Shown piece by piece: positions 36,069 to 47,572 of a DNA stretch of 64,000 bases (its first letter is position 1; every line of letters starts with the position of its first letter). Source of the DNA: Bryobacterales bacterium (GTDB taxonomy: Bacteria > Acidobacteriota > Terriglobia > Bryobacterales > UBA6623); the NCBI GenBank assembly GCA_965206025.1, contig CBDBIU010000003.1, forward strand, positions 156,372 to 220,371. Direction: 5' to 3'. Under the pieces are notes generated by a model. It was not told the origin of the DNA and made no database searches. It saw only the letters and a list, made by a program, of their open reading frames with translations. The translations under genes were made by a program, and so were the position numbers.

Positions 36069-37385
36069 ATGGCTTCGGCCGCGACGGTCATCACCATCGA
36101 TCAAGCTTCCCGGTTCGAGGGGCGGACCGTCCTGCTGCGGGGTTGGCTACACAACCTGCGCAGGTCCGGCAAGCTTCTCTTTCCGATTTTTCGCGATGGA
36201 ACGGGGTACATGCAGGGCGTGGTCGTCAAAGCGGACGTCTCCGAAGATGTTTTTCAGCGCTGCCGCCACCTGACGCATGAGTCGTCGGCCGAGGTAACGG
36301 GGAAGATTCGAGCCGAAGAGCGGGCGCCCGGCGGTTACGAGATGGACGTCGTTGATCTGGAAGTGGTGCAGGAAGTCTCCCCCGACGACCCCTTCCCGAT
36401 CACGCCCAAGGAGCACGGCGTCGAGTTCTTGATGGATCGCCGTCACCTTTGGCTGCGGAGTCGCCGGCAACATGCGATCCTCCGGGTGCGCCACGAGGTC
36501 GTCCGGGCAGTCCGCGATTTCCTCGACGACAACGGCTTTACGCTCGTCGACACGCCGATCCTTACGCCCGCTGCCTGCGAAGGGACGACCACCCTATTCG
36601 AGGTGCCTTACTTTGAAGACGAAACGGCTTATCTGGCTCAATCCGGCCAGCTCTATAACGAGGCGACCGCCGGCGCTTTCGGTAAAACGTATTGTTTCGG
36701 ACCGACCTTTCGCGCTGAAAAGTCAAAGACGCGCCGGCACCTCACTGAGTTCTGGATGGTCGAGCCCGAGATGGCCTACGCCAACCTGGACGATATCATG
36801 GCCTTGGCCGAACAGTTCGTGGAGTACGTCGTTCAGCGCGTGCTCGAAACCCGAAGGCCGGAACTCGATACCCTTGGCCGAGACGTCTCGAAACTGGAAA
36901 CGGTGAAACGGCCGTTTCACCGCATGAGCTACACCGAGGCGGTCGACGCGCTAAAGAAGAAAGGCAGCGAGATCGAGTGGGGCGGCGATTTCGGTGGGGC
37001 TGATGAGACCCTGCTGAGCGAAGACTTCGACCGGCCGGTGATGGTGCATCGTTTCCCCATGGCCATCAAGGCGTTCTATATGCAGCCGGACCCTGATAAC
37101 CCAGACGTTGCCATGGGCGTGGACGTATTGGCGCCCGAAGGATACGGCGAAATTATCGGCGGAGGCCAGCGCATCCACGACCACGCGCTGCTGTTAAGGA
37201 AACTCGAAGAGCACGGGTTGCCAAGAGAGGCTTTCGACTGGTATCTCGATTTACGCAAATACGGATCGGTTCCCCACGGGGGTTTCGGTATGGGAATTGA
37301 ACGCTCGGTGGCTTGGATTTGCGGTCTCGAGCACGTCCGCGAGACGATCGCCTTTCCGCGGATGTTGTACCGCATGCGACCGTAG
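36069..37385 (+). CDS. asnS: Asparagine--tRNA ligase
   Basis: OB-fold [61 protein letters not shown]. Confidence 0.96.
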   Translation: MASAATVITIDQASRFEGRTVLLRGWLHNLRRSGKLLFPIFRDGTGYMQGVVVKADVSEDVFQRCRHLTHESSAEVTGKIRAEERAPGGYEMDVVDLEVVQEVSPDDPFPITPKEHGVEFLMDRRHLWLRSRRQHAILRVRHEVVRAVRDFLDDNGFTLVDTPILTPAACEGTTTLFEVPYFEDETAYLAQSGQLYNEATAGAFGKTYCFGPTFRAEKSKTRRHLTEFWMVEPEMAYANLDDIMALAEQFVEYVVQRVLETRRPELDTLGRDVSKLETVKRPFHRMSYTEAVDALKKKGSEIEWGGDFGGADETLLSEDFDRPVMVHRFPMAIKAFYMQPDPDNPDVAMGVDVLAPEGYGEIIGGGQRIHDHALLLRKLEEHGLPREAFDWYLDLRKYGSVPHGGFGMGIERSVAWICGLEHVRETIAFPRMLYRMRP

Positions 37386-37410
37386 GCAAGAGCCTCCACT
37401 CGATCCATTC

Positions 37411-38487
37411 ATGTCGACCATTCGCATCGCGGTCCTGTTTGGCGGGCGCTCCGGCGAGCACGAGGTGTCGATCCGCTCGGCCGCATCCGTAATCAGCGCG
37501 CTGGACAGGGAAAAGTACGAAGTCATTCCCGTCGCGATCACCAACGAAGGACGGTGGTTGAGTCCAGGCGAGTCGGCGCGCTTGCTGCCTTCTGACACCG
37601 TCGGTCCTCTCTCGACGGGAACGGCCGTCGTACTCTCCCAGCAGCCTGGATCCCAAACAGGCTTGGATGTCGTTTTCCCCGTTCTGCACGGGACGTTCGG
37701 TGAGGACGGGACCGTCCAGGGGTTGTTGGAATTGACCGACGTCCCTTACGTCGGCTGCGGCGTGCTGAGTTCAGCCGCGGCTATGGACAAGGACGTCATG
37801 AAACGGCTGTTTCGCGAGCGAGGCTTGCCCACGGTGGATCACGTCGTCGTTCCCCGCCGGGAACGGCGCGAGCACACCGCTCGGTTGGAATTGCGCTTCG
37901 GGTACCCGATGTTCGTCAAGCCCGCCAATCTTGGTTCGTCGGTCGGTATTGGGAAAGTCGGCAACGCGGCCGAGTTGACCCGCGCCTTGGATTTGGCCGC
38001 CCAACACGACTCAAAAATCGTCGTTGAGCCGGCCATTGAAGGCCGCGAAATCGAATGCTCGGTGTTGGGGAATGACCAGCCGGAGGCCTCCGTGCCTGGG
38101 GAGGTCATTCCTGGAGGCGAGTTCTACGACTACCAAGCGAAATACGTCAACGATACCTCGGAGTTGGTCATCCCCGCGGTGCTCAGCGCGGAGCAAACAA
38201 GCGAAGTCCAACGGCTCGCCGTCGCGGCCTTTGAAGCCGCCCAATGCGCCGGACTCGCGCGGGTTGATTTTTTCCTGGAAAACGCTTCCGGCAGGATTCT
38301 ATTGAACGAGTTGAACACCATGCCGGGTTTCACCTCGATCAGCATGTATCCCAAGTTGTGGGAGGCGAGCGGAGTGCCTTATTCGGAGTTGGTCGATCGC
38401 TTGGTTAGGCTGGCTTTGGAGCGTCACCAGGAGAAGCGACAAACCCGCTTCAGCCACGGGACGGGACCGCTGGGAGAGGGTAGTTGA
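37411..38487 (+). CDS. ddl: D-alanine--D-alanine ligase
   Basis: [57 protein letters not shown]. Confidence 0.96.
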   Translation: MSTIRIAVLFGGRSGEHEVSIRSAASVISALDREKYEVIPVAITNEGRWLSPGESARLLPSDTVGPLSTGTAVVLSQQPGSQTGLDVVFPVLHGTFGEDGTVQGLLELTDVPYVGCGVLSSAAAMDKDVMKRLFRERGLPTVDHVVVPRRERREHTARLELRFGYPMFVKPANLGSSVGIGKVGNAAELTRALDLAAQHDSKIVVEPAIEGREIECSVLGNDQPEASVPGEVIPGGEFYDYQAKYVNDTSELVIPAVLSAEQTSEVQRLAVAAFEAAQCAGLARVDFFLENASGRILLNELNTMPGFTSISMYPKLWEASGVPYSELVDRLVRLALERHQEKRQTRFSHGTGPLGEGS

Positions 38488-38707
38488 GGGGACCTCTTTC
38501 TTCCCACCCGGAAAACACCTGAGAAACTTGCCCCGACCAGCGCAGCCTTTTCGGGAAGCATTCTGATCGGCTTCAGCACCCTGATGGAACCGTCGGAGTT
38601 GGCCTGAGCGATTGATCGCGGGCAGGCCTTGTTGTCCGCATGTGGCAGCGGCTAGACTATGGAGCACGCGAAGGCCGAACGACGGTCTCCGAATGAAGGG
38701 GCATGGC

Positions 38708-39471
38708 ATGAGAAACCTGACGAGCATACTGATCTGTGTCTTGAGCTTTGAGGCTGCTCTCGCCGGACAGACGCGCAGGGACGCCTTCGTTTTGCCGGGC
38801 GATCGGGTGATTCCGCAAGTTGCTACCGGTGGCGATGCCTTTTTCATGTCCTTCCAGTTCGTAAATTTTACCGACGGCCCGGCGACCGTTCAGGTGTCGT
38901 TCTTCGATGGCTTGGGTCTTCCGATGATGATTTCCTACGAGCAGGACGGGGCGCCGTGGACAGACAGCGTGCTGAGTGACACGATCGCGCCGGGAGGGAT
39001 CGAGTTCGCGGTTACTTCGCCTTCGGGTCCCGTGCAGATCGGGTACGCTTTGGTGGAAAGCATTCCGGAAGACGCCGTCGCAGTGAGCACGGCTTTCAAT
39101 CAGATCGTGCCGGGGCGGCCGTTGTTTCAGTCGTTCGTTCCGATGTCGACGGTGCTGCACAACCGATTCTTCGTGCCGTTTCTCAACGCCGGCGCCTTGA
39201 CGGGTGCGATTGCCGTGGTCTCCCTCGTGGCCAGGATGTGACGTTCACCGCCAGGGACAATGGCGGAGTCGACCTGTGCAACGATACGCAGTCATTCGGA
39301 GCCGGTGAGCACGTGGCCTTCGTCATTCATGACCGGCTTGCCTGCACGGCGGGTATCGACGGCGTGCTGGAGGTGCGGGGATCCTCGCTCGGTCTGGCGG
39401 GATTTGGCGTAACCGCCCAAGATGAGGGGGCGTTTGTGACGCAGCCCGTCTACGGCGAGATCCCCGACTAA
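38708..39471 (+). pseudogene. Secreted beta-rich protein split by a 1-nt frameshift near 39229
   Basis: Signal peptide, then IPQVATGG..FQFVN. Adding one C (GCC CAG GAT GTG ACG) joins ..VVSLVA to QDVTFTARDNGG and the ORF ending at 39471. Confidence 0.65.
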
Positions 39472-39522
39472 GGGACCGATGCGGAGGAGCAGGAAGGTCC
39501 CAACCAGGTGCGAGGGAATCCC

Positions 39523-41169
39523 ATGAACGGCAAACGATTAGTCCTTCGCTGTGGCTGCTTGCTGCTAACGGCGCTCTTCGTGAGTTTCGTCCCGACGCCC
39601 GCCCGCGGCCAGCTTTCCTCGGCGGGAAACCAGTTCTGGCATCAAGACAGCCCAAATCTGGCCGGTACGAACGAAGAGTTCGACCAGTTTGGCGGCGCCG
39701 TGGCGAGCGGTGACTTCAACAACGACGGGTACGCCGATCTGGCCGTCGGCGTCCCGCGGGAAGACGTCAGATCCGTCGTCGATGCCGGCGCCGTCGACGT
39801 GATCTACGGCGCCGAAAAGGGGCTTTCCGCGGATAGCAGCCAGCGCTGGAGCCAGGACACATTCGGTATCGTAGGGACGCCCGAGGAGGGGGATCTGTTC
39901 GGGTCCTCCATCGCCGCGGGCGACTATAACGGAGACGGATACGACGATCTGGCCGTTGGCTCGCCCGGCGAGGGCGTGGCGTCGCAAATGAATGCCGGAG
40001 CGGTCAACGTTATCTACGGTGCTCCCGGGGGCTTGACCGTCATCGGCGACAGCCTCTGGACGCAGAATGTCGCCGGCATCGAGGACGGTGCACAAGCCGG
40101 CGATACGTTCGGCGGGGTATTAGCCGCGGGCGACTTCAACCATGACGGGTATGCCGACTTGGCCATCGGCGTACGCTTGGAAGATGTGGGGGGCAAAGCG
40201 GACGCCGGAGCGGTGAGCGTGATTTATGGCTCGGCTGAGGGGATCGGCGCCGCGGGCAACCAGTTCTGGCATCAGGACAGCCCCGACGTCGCGGACGTCG
40301 CCGAGGCCTCTGACGAGTTCGGTGGGTCGCTTGCCGTCGGTGACTTCAACAACGACGGTTACCACGACCTGGCCATCGGCGTGCGGTTGGAAAATATCGG
40401 CGGCATCATGGACGCCGGGTTGGTGAATGTAATCTACGGTGGCGACAACGGGCTCGCCGCGCCGGGCAACCAAGCCTGGAGTCAAAACTCCACGGATGTC
40501 CTTGACAACGCTGATTTCCGGGATTACTTAGGTTGGTCTCTCGCCAGCGGTGATTTCAACAACGATGGCTTCGACGATTTGGCCGTCGGCGCGGCGGGTG
40601 AAGATCTTCTGGGAGGCGGCGATGCCGGGCTGATCAATGTCATCTATGGCGCCGGCGGCGGGCTCTCCTCGGTGGGCAACCAAGTCTTCAGCCAGCAGAC
40701 CCCGGGACTCCCCGGGGTTGTCGAAAAAAACGACATGTTCGGGGAGAGTCTGACGGTTGGCGACTTCGACAACGACGGTTTCGACGACCTTGTCATTGGA
40801 GTCAATCGGGAAGACGTCGGAGTGGCCACCGATGCCGGCGCCCTCCATGTGCTGCATGGAAGACCGGGAGGACTCAGCACCGATGCCAACCAGTTTTGGA
40901 CCCAGGACAACGACGATATTCTGGATCAGGCGGAAGACGGCGACCGATTCGGTCTGGTTCTGGCCGCGGGCGATTTCAACCGGGATGGTTTCAGCGACCT
41001 GGCTGCTGGAGTTCCTTTCGAAGATCTAGCGGGCGTGGTGGCTGCCGGCGCTGTGAATGTGATTTACGGCGGCCGACCGGCCGATGTCTTCAGCGATCTC
41101 AGCAGGCAACTCCGCTCACTCCAGAGTATCGTGGGTGATCTAGGAGGGTGGAGCGACTTCTTTCCCTAG
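39523..41169 (+). CDS. Secreted FG-GAP repeat (integrin-alpha-like beta-propeller) protein
   Basis: About seven repeats of FG..LA.GDFNNDG..DLAVG.P.ED....DAGAV.VIYG; its stop TAG is in the CTAG repeat. Confidence 0.92.
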   Translation: MNGKRLVLRCGCLLLTALFVSFVPTPARGQLSSAGNQFWHQDSPNLAGTNEEFDQFGGAVASGDFNNDGYADLAVGVPREDVRSVVDAGAVDVIYGAEKGLSADSSQRWSQDTFGIVGTPEEGDLFGSSIAAGDYNGDGYDDLAVGSPGEGVASQMNAGAVNVIYGAPGGLTVIGDSLWTQNVAGIEDGAQAGDTFGGVLAAGDFNHDGYADLAIGVRLEDVGGKADAGAVSVIYGSAEGIGAAGNQFWHQDSPDVADVAEASDEFGGSLAVGDFNNDGYHDLAIGVRLENIGGIMDAGLVNVIYGGDNGLAAPGNQAWSQNSTDVLDNADFRDYLGWSLASGDFNNDGFDDLAVGAAGEDLLGGGDAGLINVIYGAGGGLSSVGNQVFSQQTPGLPGVVEKNDMFGESLTVGDFDNDGFDDLVIGVNREDVGVATDAGALHVLHGRPGGLSTDANQFWTQDNDDILDQAEDGDRFGLVLAAGDFNRDGFSDLAAGVPFEDLAGVVAAGAVNVIYGGRPADVFSDLSRQLRSLQSIVGDLGGWSDFFP

Positions 41170-41221
41170 CCCGCTTTTTTCACCACGTGGCGAGGCGAAG
41201 TGCGTGAGAAAAGCAGGCTAA
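41166..41221. repeat. 56-bp CTAG-bounded repeat providing both stop codons of convergent genes
   Basis: CTAGCCCGCTTTTTTCACCACGTGGCGAGGCGAAGTGCGTGAGAAAAGCAGGCTAA; TAG at 41167-69 (+) and at 41218-20 (-). Confidence 0.85.
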
Positions 41222-41946
41222 CGGTCCTGGCCCTCTTTGCTGTAGCTGTGCCCGCCGAGAATCTCGCGTATTTCCGCCGCGGAGCTTGCCTTCTCCAGAG
41301 CGCTTATTGTCTGTTCTTCCTGCTTCTGCAGAGCGGTGACGTTCTTCAGCACGGCCTCGATCTTGCCCGCGGGAAACTTGCAGGCGCCCGTCTCATCCAT
41401 GTGGACGATCTCGCCGGGACTCACGTCCATGCCGGCGATCGCCACCGGGACGTTGACCGCCTGAACCGCAAGATCGCCGTGCCCGGCCGTGGCGCCGCTC
41501 AAGACGTATTGAAACTTCATGGGGCGAATCTCGTCGAGATCGCGGGAGGGGCCGTTTGAAATCGCACCGACGCAACCGACCGCTTTGAGCGCCGTGGTCA
41601 TGATCCCGCCGGCGAGTCCGACCTTGCCGGCGAGCCGCCGCGGAAACTTCTGCTGGAACACGAGGATCGTCGGCTTTGGCGACGCGTCGAGCGCGTCGAT
41701 GACGTCCATGAAGCTGAGACGGGAATAGCTCGGATCGGGAAGGCCATAGACGCAGGTCACCGCATAGCCTACCGTCCGTCCAAGCTCGGGGAACATGCAG
41801 CGCACGCTCTGGTCGGTATACCAGTTCTCGCTCCAGGGATTGTAGAGCCCCAGGCAAAGCGGGTTCGTCGGATAGGTCGCGACCACGTTGGTGATCGACG
41901 GCGTGTCAAACGTCTTCAGCGCTTCCAGTATTTCTTGTTCACTCAT
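41218..41946 (-). CDS. RraA family / HMG aldolase-like protein
   Basis: DTPSITN, GRTVGYAVT, A.AVGCVGAISNG..RD, V.PGEIVHMDETG. Confidence 0.85.
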   Translation of the reverse strand: MSEQEILEALKTFDTPSITNVVATYPTNPLCLGLYNPWSENWYTDQSVRCMFPELGRTVGYAVTCVYGLPDPSYSRLSFMDVIDALDASPKPTILVFQQKFPRRLAGKVGLAGGIMTTALKAVGCVGAISNGPSRDLDEIRPMKFQYVLSGATAGHGDLAVQAVNVPVAIAGMDVSPGEIVHMDETGACKFPAGKIEAVLKNVTALQKQEEQTISALEKASSAAEIREILGGHSYSKEGQDR

Positions 41947-42497
41947 CGATTGTCTCCCATGAGGCGACGAACATCAGGCGATCGAAAAGCAGGTTAACCG
42001 GCCTCCGAATTTTGGCCTGGCGCTTCGAATCACGTTGCCTCTTCCAGGCGAGCCAGTCTAAACTCGCCTAGGGTTCGCCCACGACGAAACCGCGACACAG
42101 AGGGCGCGGCTGCACCCGGCGGAACTCCCAATTAAACCCCTTAGCGACCCGCGAGTCAACAATTCTCCAGTCCTGGACGAAGAATCCCGGTCCATTGCGC
42201 CCCGTGCCGCACGCCTCCGCTGAATCAGTTGATGGGCTTCTTTTCCGGACACGGGGAGCCGCACTGTCCTTCCAAAGGCCACATGTTGAGACCCCGGGGT
42301 CACCCGCGCCACACGCTGCTTGCCGCACCCGACATGCGTACAACTGTGTCGTGGGTCGGGCGCGATCCATCGCGTCCGCTTGCCGACATACTGTACGCTG
42401 GGCGATATACACGAACTGTTGCCGCGAGACTCGGCCACCGGGGCTTTCGCCCCAATCGTTGTGACAGCGGGGGGGAAGAGCGGGCTAGGTCCACACT

Positions 42498-44800
42498 ATG
42501 ACGCAAGAGCAGTCCCAGCACCGCCGATGCGAAACGCTGCTTCAAGCGGCGCTGTCGGTCCTGCTTGTGTTCGCGGCGGCTGCGTTTGCCGCCATCTGGG
42601 GCGTGCCGGCGGAGTGGATTCGTGCGCTTGTGCCACTGACCGAGCCCGACGGTTCGGCCGCCCCGTTGAGCGACTCGACGGTGGGCATGGTGAAGACCGC
42701 CAGCCTGGTGTTGGGGACTGGCTGGCTGGCGCTGGCCGCCGCGACCGTTATCTTTCGCCGCCGGCTGGCCGCGCCCCTGGGGCGGCTCTGTAGCGACGGG
42801 GCGAGCTTTGCCGGCTTGCCGCGGTCCGACTTTCGACTGTGGCGGCGCACGGATCGCTGGGCGCTCCCGGCTCTTCTGCTATTGACGTTCATCGCCGGCG
42901 CATTGCGTTGGGCTTTGCTCGATCATCCCATGCGCTACGACGAGGCGCATACCTTTCTGCGCTGGATCAGCCGGGGGTTCTTCGATGTCATCTCCGACTA
43001 TCACGAACCCAACAACCACATCGCACATACCATTCTGTCCTGGGTTGCTTATACTCTCTGGGGCAATGAACCGGCCATCCTGAGGCTTCCGGCATGGACG
43101 GCGGGCGTTCTGTTGGTTCCCGGTAGTTACTGGATGACGCGGAGACTGTTCGGGTCCCGGCCTGCGTGGATCGCCGCCGGATTTGTCGCCGCTTCACCTA
43201 TTCTGATTGACTACTCGATCAATGCGCGCGGCTACACGCTGGTGGCTCTGTTCTTTGTTCTCGGATGCATCCTCGCCTCCTACCAAAGTGAGCACGCCAC
43301 CCTGACGGGAGCGGCGCTGCTGGTCTTTGTCCTGGCGCTCGGCTGCTACACCATTCCCACGGCCCTCTATGGCGCAGGGATCATCGCCTTGTGGCTGTTG
43401 CTCGCAACGACGGCGGCGAGTCGGAGACGAATGGCGGTTCAGATCACGATCGGCGCCGGCGCGGTGTTGTTGGTCGTCGCGGTGCTCTATCTCCCGGTCC
43501 TTATTCGCAGCGGAGTCCAGGTTATCCTTGCCAACCGCTACGTCCAACCGCTGCCTTTCAGCCTGTGGATCGATCTCGGCGCGCGGCGTCTCGACTTGCT
43601 TTGGAGATGCTGGAGCGGCGATCACACCCCGCTGGTGGCGGTATTGCTGGCGGCCGGGACCATCGGTTTCCTCTGGAGCCTGCGCTCGCAAGAGTCCGTC
43701 CGCCGGGCGGCCATCGCCATGATTGGCTTGGTCGTGCCTCTCACCGTGCTGCAACGAGTGGCCCCGGAGCCCCGGGTTTTCAGCATCCTGCTGCCGCTTG
43801 TCTATGGGCTTCTGGCCGCGGGCTTGACGTACCTGTTCGACCGCCTTGCTGCCGGCTGGAAGAAGCCGTTGCTGGGGGTTTCGATGGTCCTCGCGCTGGC
43901 TCTCGCCCTCTCGACAGCCGGGACACGGTTTGGCCGGCCCTCTCCATTGTGCTGCCTGCAACGGGGCCTGTTCACCGATGGCGAACAGATCGTCAATGAC
44001 TTGCGAGCCGAGTTGCAGCCGGGAGACGTAATCCTCACACCGGCGATGACTCTCGTCTCCGGCTCGATCCAATACTGGCTCTTCCGGGTTTTTAGTGGGT
44101 GGCCAACGGGTAGCCGGCTCCTCCATCCTGCCGACCCGACGTCGCCCGCAGTCACATCGGAGCCCAAAAGGCGGCCAAGAAATCCCCAAATACCCTACAC
44201 GCCAGTCCGGTCGTGGGCAACTCGTAAAGGGAATAAGACACTGATAAACAGGGAGTTATCTCTTTGAGTGTGGCCACTGGATGACAGTTGTGGATCTGCA
44301 TTTCACAGCCTTCGGGAGACTGTACGACTACCTGCCAGCAGCCTTGCTCTACTCGTAACCCTTTGTTTATCAGTAATTCTTTTTGGCCAACGCAGTCGCC
44401 GCCCGGCCTTGGGGGCCGTAGAGTTGTCACGAAGCCCTTGAATGGCACCGAAGCAGGCTCCGGGAGGTCGGCCTCACAGTGGCGAGGGATCCGTCACTCA
44501 CCGCCGCCAGCCACTAAAATCCCAGAAGAGCCCCAATACTATCTCAGCGCCGCGGGGCTGCCGCTTTCCTACCAGCGGGGATTCAAACCGGATTGGGGTC
44601 CGGATCAGCTTGACGGCGTGCGGCGCGCCTTCGCGGTCATCCCGTCCTATGACCCAGTCTGCGCCATGGAGGACCCCGCCCATTTACGGCATCTTCAGGT
44701 CGATGACAGTCTGCTACAGAACCGTTTTCTCGCGCCACGGCTCGCCGCCGAGTACCCGCGGTGCAGAGTGTATCGCTTGGATCGAAGAGCCTTGCCGTAA
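42498..44800 (+). pseudogene. GT-C/ArnT-PMT (family 39-like) membrane glycosyltransferase interrupted near its C-terminus by a MITE
   Basis: MRYDEAHT, YHEPNNHIAH, LRLPAW, YSINARGY. Removing the MITE plus one TSD restores GSIQY-YLSAAGLPL...RRALP* ending at 44800. Confidence 0.88.
44077..44532 (+). mobile_element. 456-bp MITE, copy 3
   Basis: Same TIRs; 8-bp TSD CCAATACT at 44069-44076 and 44533-44540. Confidence 0.95.
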
Positions 44801-45011
44801 CAGGTCTGGGCGGGATGATCCCACCCGGAGGGAGAAAGCAGTTGTCGATCGATATAAGGCGAGGGGATCGAGATCGCGTGTGGATGCCATCAACAAGAAG
44901 GGGCTAGGTTGAGGGCCCGAGGGGTCTGCTTCAATCACCCGAGCATTTGCTATCTTAGGCCGTGGTTCTGGAGGCGGACGCTCGCGAGGCCGAACACGGG
45001 AGACGACGGAG

Positions 45012-45644
45012 GTGACAGACCAGTGGACAATTCGAGGTGTCGAGTATTCCAACTGCAACTGCAACTACGGTTGTCCCTGCCAGTTCAACGCGCCGACCAC
45101 ACATGGCCACTGCGAGGCTGTGGGCTGCGGTTACATCAAAGAGGGCCACTTCAACGAGACTCGGCTCGACGGTCTGAATTGGGTCCTATTGCTCCAGTGG
45201 CCAGGTGAAGTCGCGGACGGAAACGGCAAACAGCAGGTCATCATCGACGAGAAGGCGGATAGCCATCAGCGGGAAGCTCTGCGCAAGATCCTCCACGGCG
45301 AGTCGACGACAGCGGGAGCAACGCACTTCTTCGTCTACAACAGCACGATGTCGGAAGTGCTCGAAACCCTCTATGCCCCGGTCGAGCTCGACATCGATGT
45401 GGAAGCCCGCAAAGCGCATCTGCGGGTACCCGGGGTAGTGGAATCCACAGGCTCCCCGATCATCAATCCGCACTCGGGGGACGGGTACCGGGCGCGGATC
45501 AATCTGCCGAACGGCTTCGAGTACACCGTGGCCGAGATGGGATCGGGAACCTCAAAGGCGACGGCAGGGATTAAGTTGGATCTCTCCGACAGCTATGGAC
45601 AGTTCTCCATCCTTCACATGAATCAGGACGACGTGATCCGGTAA
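45012..45644 (+). CDS. DUF1326 family Cys-rich metal-binding protein
   Basis: NCNCNYGCPCQF..P.HG.CE, G.F....L.GL, PGEVADGNG, VIIDEKAD..QREAL. Confidence 0.88.
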   Translation: MTDQWTIRGVEYSNCNCNYGCPCQFNAPTTHGHCEAVGCGYIKEGHFNETRLDGLNWVLLLQWPGEVADGNGKQQVIIDEKADSHQREALRKILHGESTTAGATHFFVYNSTMSEVLETLYAPVELDIDVEARKAHLRVPGVVESTGSPIINPHSGDGYRARINLPNGFEYTVAEMGSGTSKATAGIKLDLSDSYGQFSILHMNQDDVIR

Positions 45645-45670
45645 TCACCGGATAGCCGTTCCGTCTGAGC

Positions 45671-46438
45671 ATGGAAAACATCCTGCTTCCCAGACGCGAC
45701 CGCGACGCGATTCTCACTGCGCTGTTCGCGCTTACGGTTTTGTCGTGGGCTTATCTGGTCCACATGGCGGCGGGAATGGACATGAGAACCATGGAGCCGC
45801 GCGCGATCCTGCAGATCCGACCGTGGGCTTTTGCGGACTTCATCTTCATGTTCGTGATGTGGACGGTCATGATGGTGGGCATGATGGTGCCGACGGCGAT
45901 TCCTATGACGCTGATCTACGCGGCGGTGGTGCGGAAGGCAGCCCTTCAAGGAAGCCCAGTCCCTTCGGCCATGATCTTCATCGGCGGTTATGTCACGATG
46001 TGGACGATCTTTGGCGCCGGGGCAACGGTAGCTCAGTGGGCACTTGATCAAGCAGCACTTCTGTCCCCGATGATGGTAGCGAACAGTCCTTGGTTGGGAG
46101 CCTTTTTATTGATCGCCGGCGGCGTGTACCAAATAACGCCCGCCAAGAATGCCTGCTTACGGCATTGCCGCTCTCCCGCGCATTTCATCTCGGAACGCCG
46201 GCGTGCTGGGCGAGGTGGGACTTTCCGGATGGGTTTGAAGCATGGGGCTTACTGCTTGGGATGCTGCTGGGCCTTGATGGGCCTACTGTTCTTCGGAGGC
46301 GTCATGAATCTGCTCTGGATAGCCGGTATCAGCCTCTTTGTGCTTCTAGAGAAGATTCTGCCATTCGGTAGCGGTGGAGGACGGATTGCCGGAATTGCGA
46401 TGGTGGCTTGTGGCTTGATCGTGCTAAGTCGACTCTAG
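45671..46438 (+). CDS. DUF2182 family Met/Cys-rich integral membrane protein
   Basis: MWTVMMVGMMVP, YQITPAKNACLRHCRSP, G..HGAYCLGCCWALM, GVMNLLW, LEK. Confidence 0.9.
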   Translation: MENILLPRRDRDAILTALFALTVLSWAYLVHMAAGMDMRTMEPRAILQIRPWAFADFIFMFVMWTVMMVGMMVPTAIPMTLIYAAVVRKAALQGSPVPSAMIFIGGYVTMWTIFGAGATVAQWALDQAALLSPMMVANSPWLGAFLLIAGGVYQITPAKNACLRHCRSPAHFISERRRAGRGGTFRMGLKHGAYCLGCCWALMGLLFFGGVMNLLWIAGISLFVLLEKILPFGSGGGRIAGIAMVACGLIVLSRL

Positions 46439-46476
46439 CCCGCTTTTCTCGCCACGTGGTGAGAAAAGCGGGCTAT
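46435..46476. terminator. Near-perfect 40-bp palindrome of the CTAG family; likely bidirectional terminator holding both stop codons
   Basis: TAGCCCGCTTTTCTC-GCCACGTGGT-GAGAAAAGCGGGCTA; TAG at 46436-38 (+, DUF2182) and at 46473-75 (-, glsA). Confidence 0.75.
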
Positions 46477-47531
46477 GTGGCTTCTGAAACGCTGCTCGAA
46501 GCGCGCGCTGGCTTCTCGACCAATTGATCGAGCGAAGGGCGCAGACCCACGGACTCGAATACGTGGAGATTTAATTTCTCCGACAGCGCCTGGCAGACTT
46601 TCAGTCCACGCGCGCTCGTGCCTTTCGCGTCCAGGCGAGGGGAGTAAACGCCGATTCCCATCATGCCTGGAACAACAGCAATGATGCCGCCGCCGACACC
46701 GCTCTTAGCGGGCAGCCCGACTTTGTGCGCCCATTCACCGGCGAAGTCGTACATGCCGCAGGTGTACATCATGCACAGGATGTCCTTCACGTACTCCGCC
46801 GACAGCGCTTGCTCGCCGCTCACCGGATTCCGCCCGCCGCTGGCCAGCGTCGCACCCATCATCGCCAAGTCAAGCGCGCTGACCAAGACCGAGCACTGCT
46901 GGAAGTAAAGCTCGAGCGATTGGTCGACCACGTCGCTGACCATGCCGAAGTTCAGCATCAGGTTCGCGACGGCGCGGTTGCGGTGCCCGGTCGTGCGCTC
47001 GGAAAGGAACACGGAAGAGTCGACCTGCACGGGGTGTCCGACATGGCGGGCGAACATCGTTAGCATGCGGTTGAGACGGTTCGGCAGGTCGGCGCCCTTG
47101 ATCATGTCGGTCGTTGCGATGGCACCGGCGTTGACCATCGGGTTGAAGGGCCTGTTGGACTGCTCGTCGAGCACGATGGCGTTAAAAGCGTCTCCGGAAG
47201 GCTCGACACCTACCCGGCTCAGAACGTAATCCCGGCCGTTGTCCTCGAGCGCTAGGCCATAGATGAAAGGTTTCGAGCAGGACTGGATCGTGAAGGTCTG
47301 TTTCGAGTCGCCTATCTCGAAGACATGGCCTTCGGTCGTAACCACGCAGAGTCCGAACCACTCCGGATCTGCGCGCGTCAGCTCGGGAATGTAGTCGGCG
47401 ACAGCACCGTCCTTGATTTCTTCTACCTCGCGGTAGATGGTCCGGAGCGTCTCCCGGAAGGGAGACGTCGTGGACTTCATGCGCTTGACCAGCGCTTCCA
47501 CGTGGTCGGTGGCACCCCGATCGTTTTTCAT
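46473..47531 (-). CDS. glsA: Glutaminase A
   Basis: [20 protein letters not shown] (SxxK), [29 protein letters not shown] 47531 preferred, because the ORF-track start at 47648 overlaps the upstream gene. Confidence 0.93.
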   Translation of the reverse strand: MKNDRGATDHVEALVKRMKSTTSPFRETLRTIYREVEEIKDGAVADYIPELTRADPEWFGLCVVTTEGHVFEIGDSKQTFTIQSCSKPFIYGLALEDNGRDYVLSRVGVEPSGDAFNAIVLDEQSNRPFNPMVNAGAIATTDMIKGADLPNRLNRMLTMFARHVGHPVQVDSSVFLSERTTGHRNRAVANLMLNFGMVSDVVDQSLELYFQQCSVLVSALDLAMMGATLASGGRNPVSGEQALSAEYVKDILCMMYTCGMYDFAGEWAHKVGLPAKSGVGGGIIAVVPGMMGIGVYSPRLDAKGTSARGLKVCQALSEKLNLHVFESVGLRPSLDQLVEKPARASSSVSEAT

Positions 47532-47572
47532 GGTCTCTAATGTCTCGGCGGCACATCGAAGGCCTGCCCGCC

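Noticed and set aside
39225-39245. Programmed frameshifting or true two-gene coupling
   Set aside because: No slippery sequence or stimulatory structure; a single-base loss explains it.
42058-42480. Cys-containing ORFs between the RraA and GT-C genes (e.g. 42068-42412)
   Set aside because: No family motif or RBS. This could be a decayed gene, but I cannot support a call.
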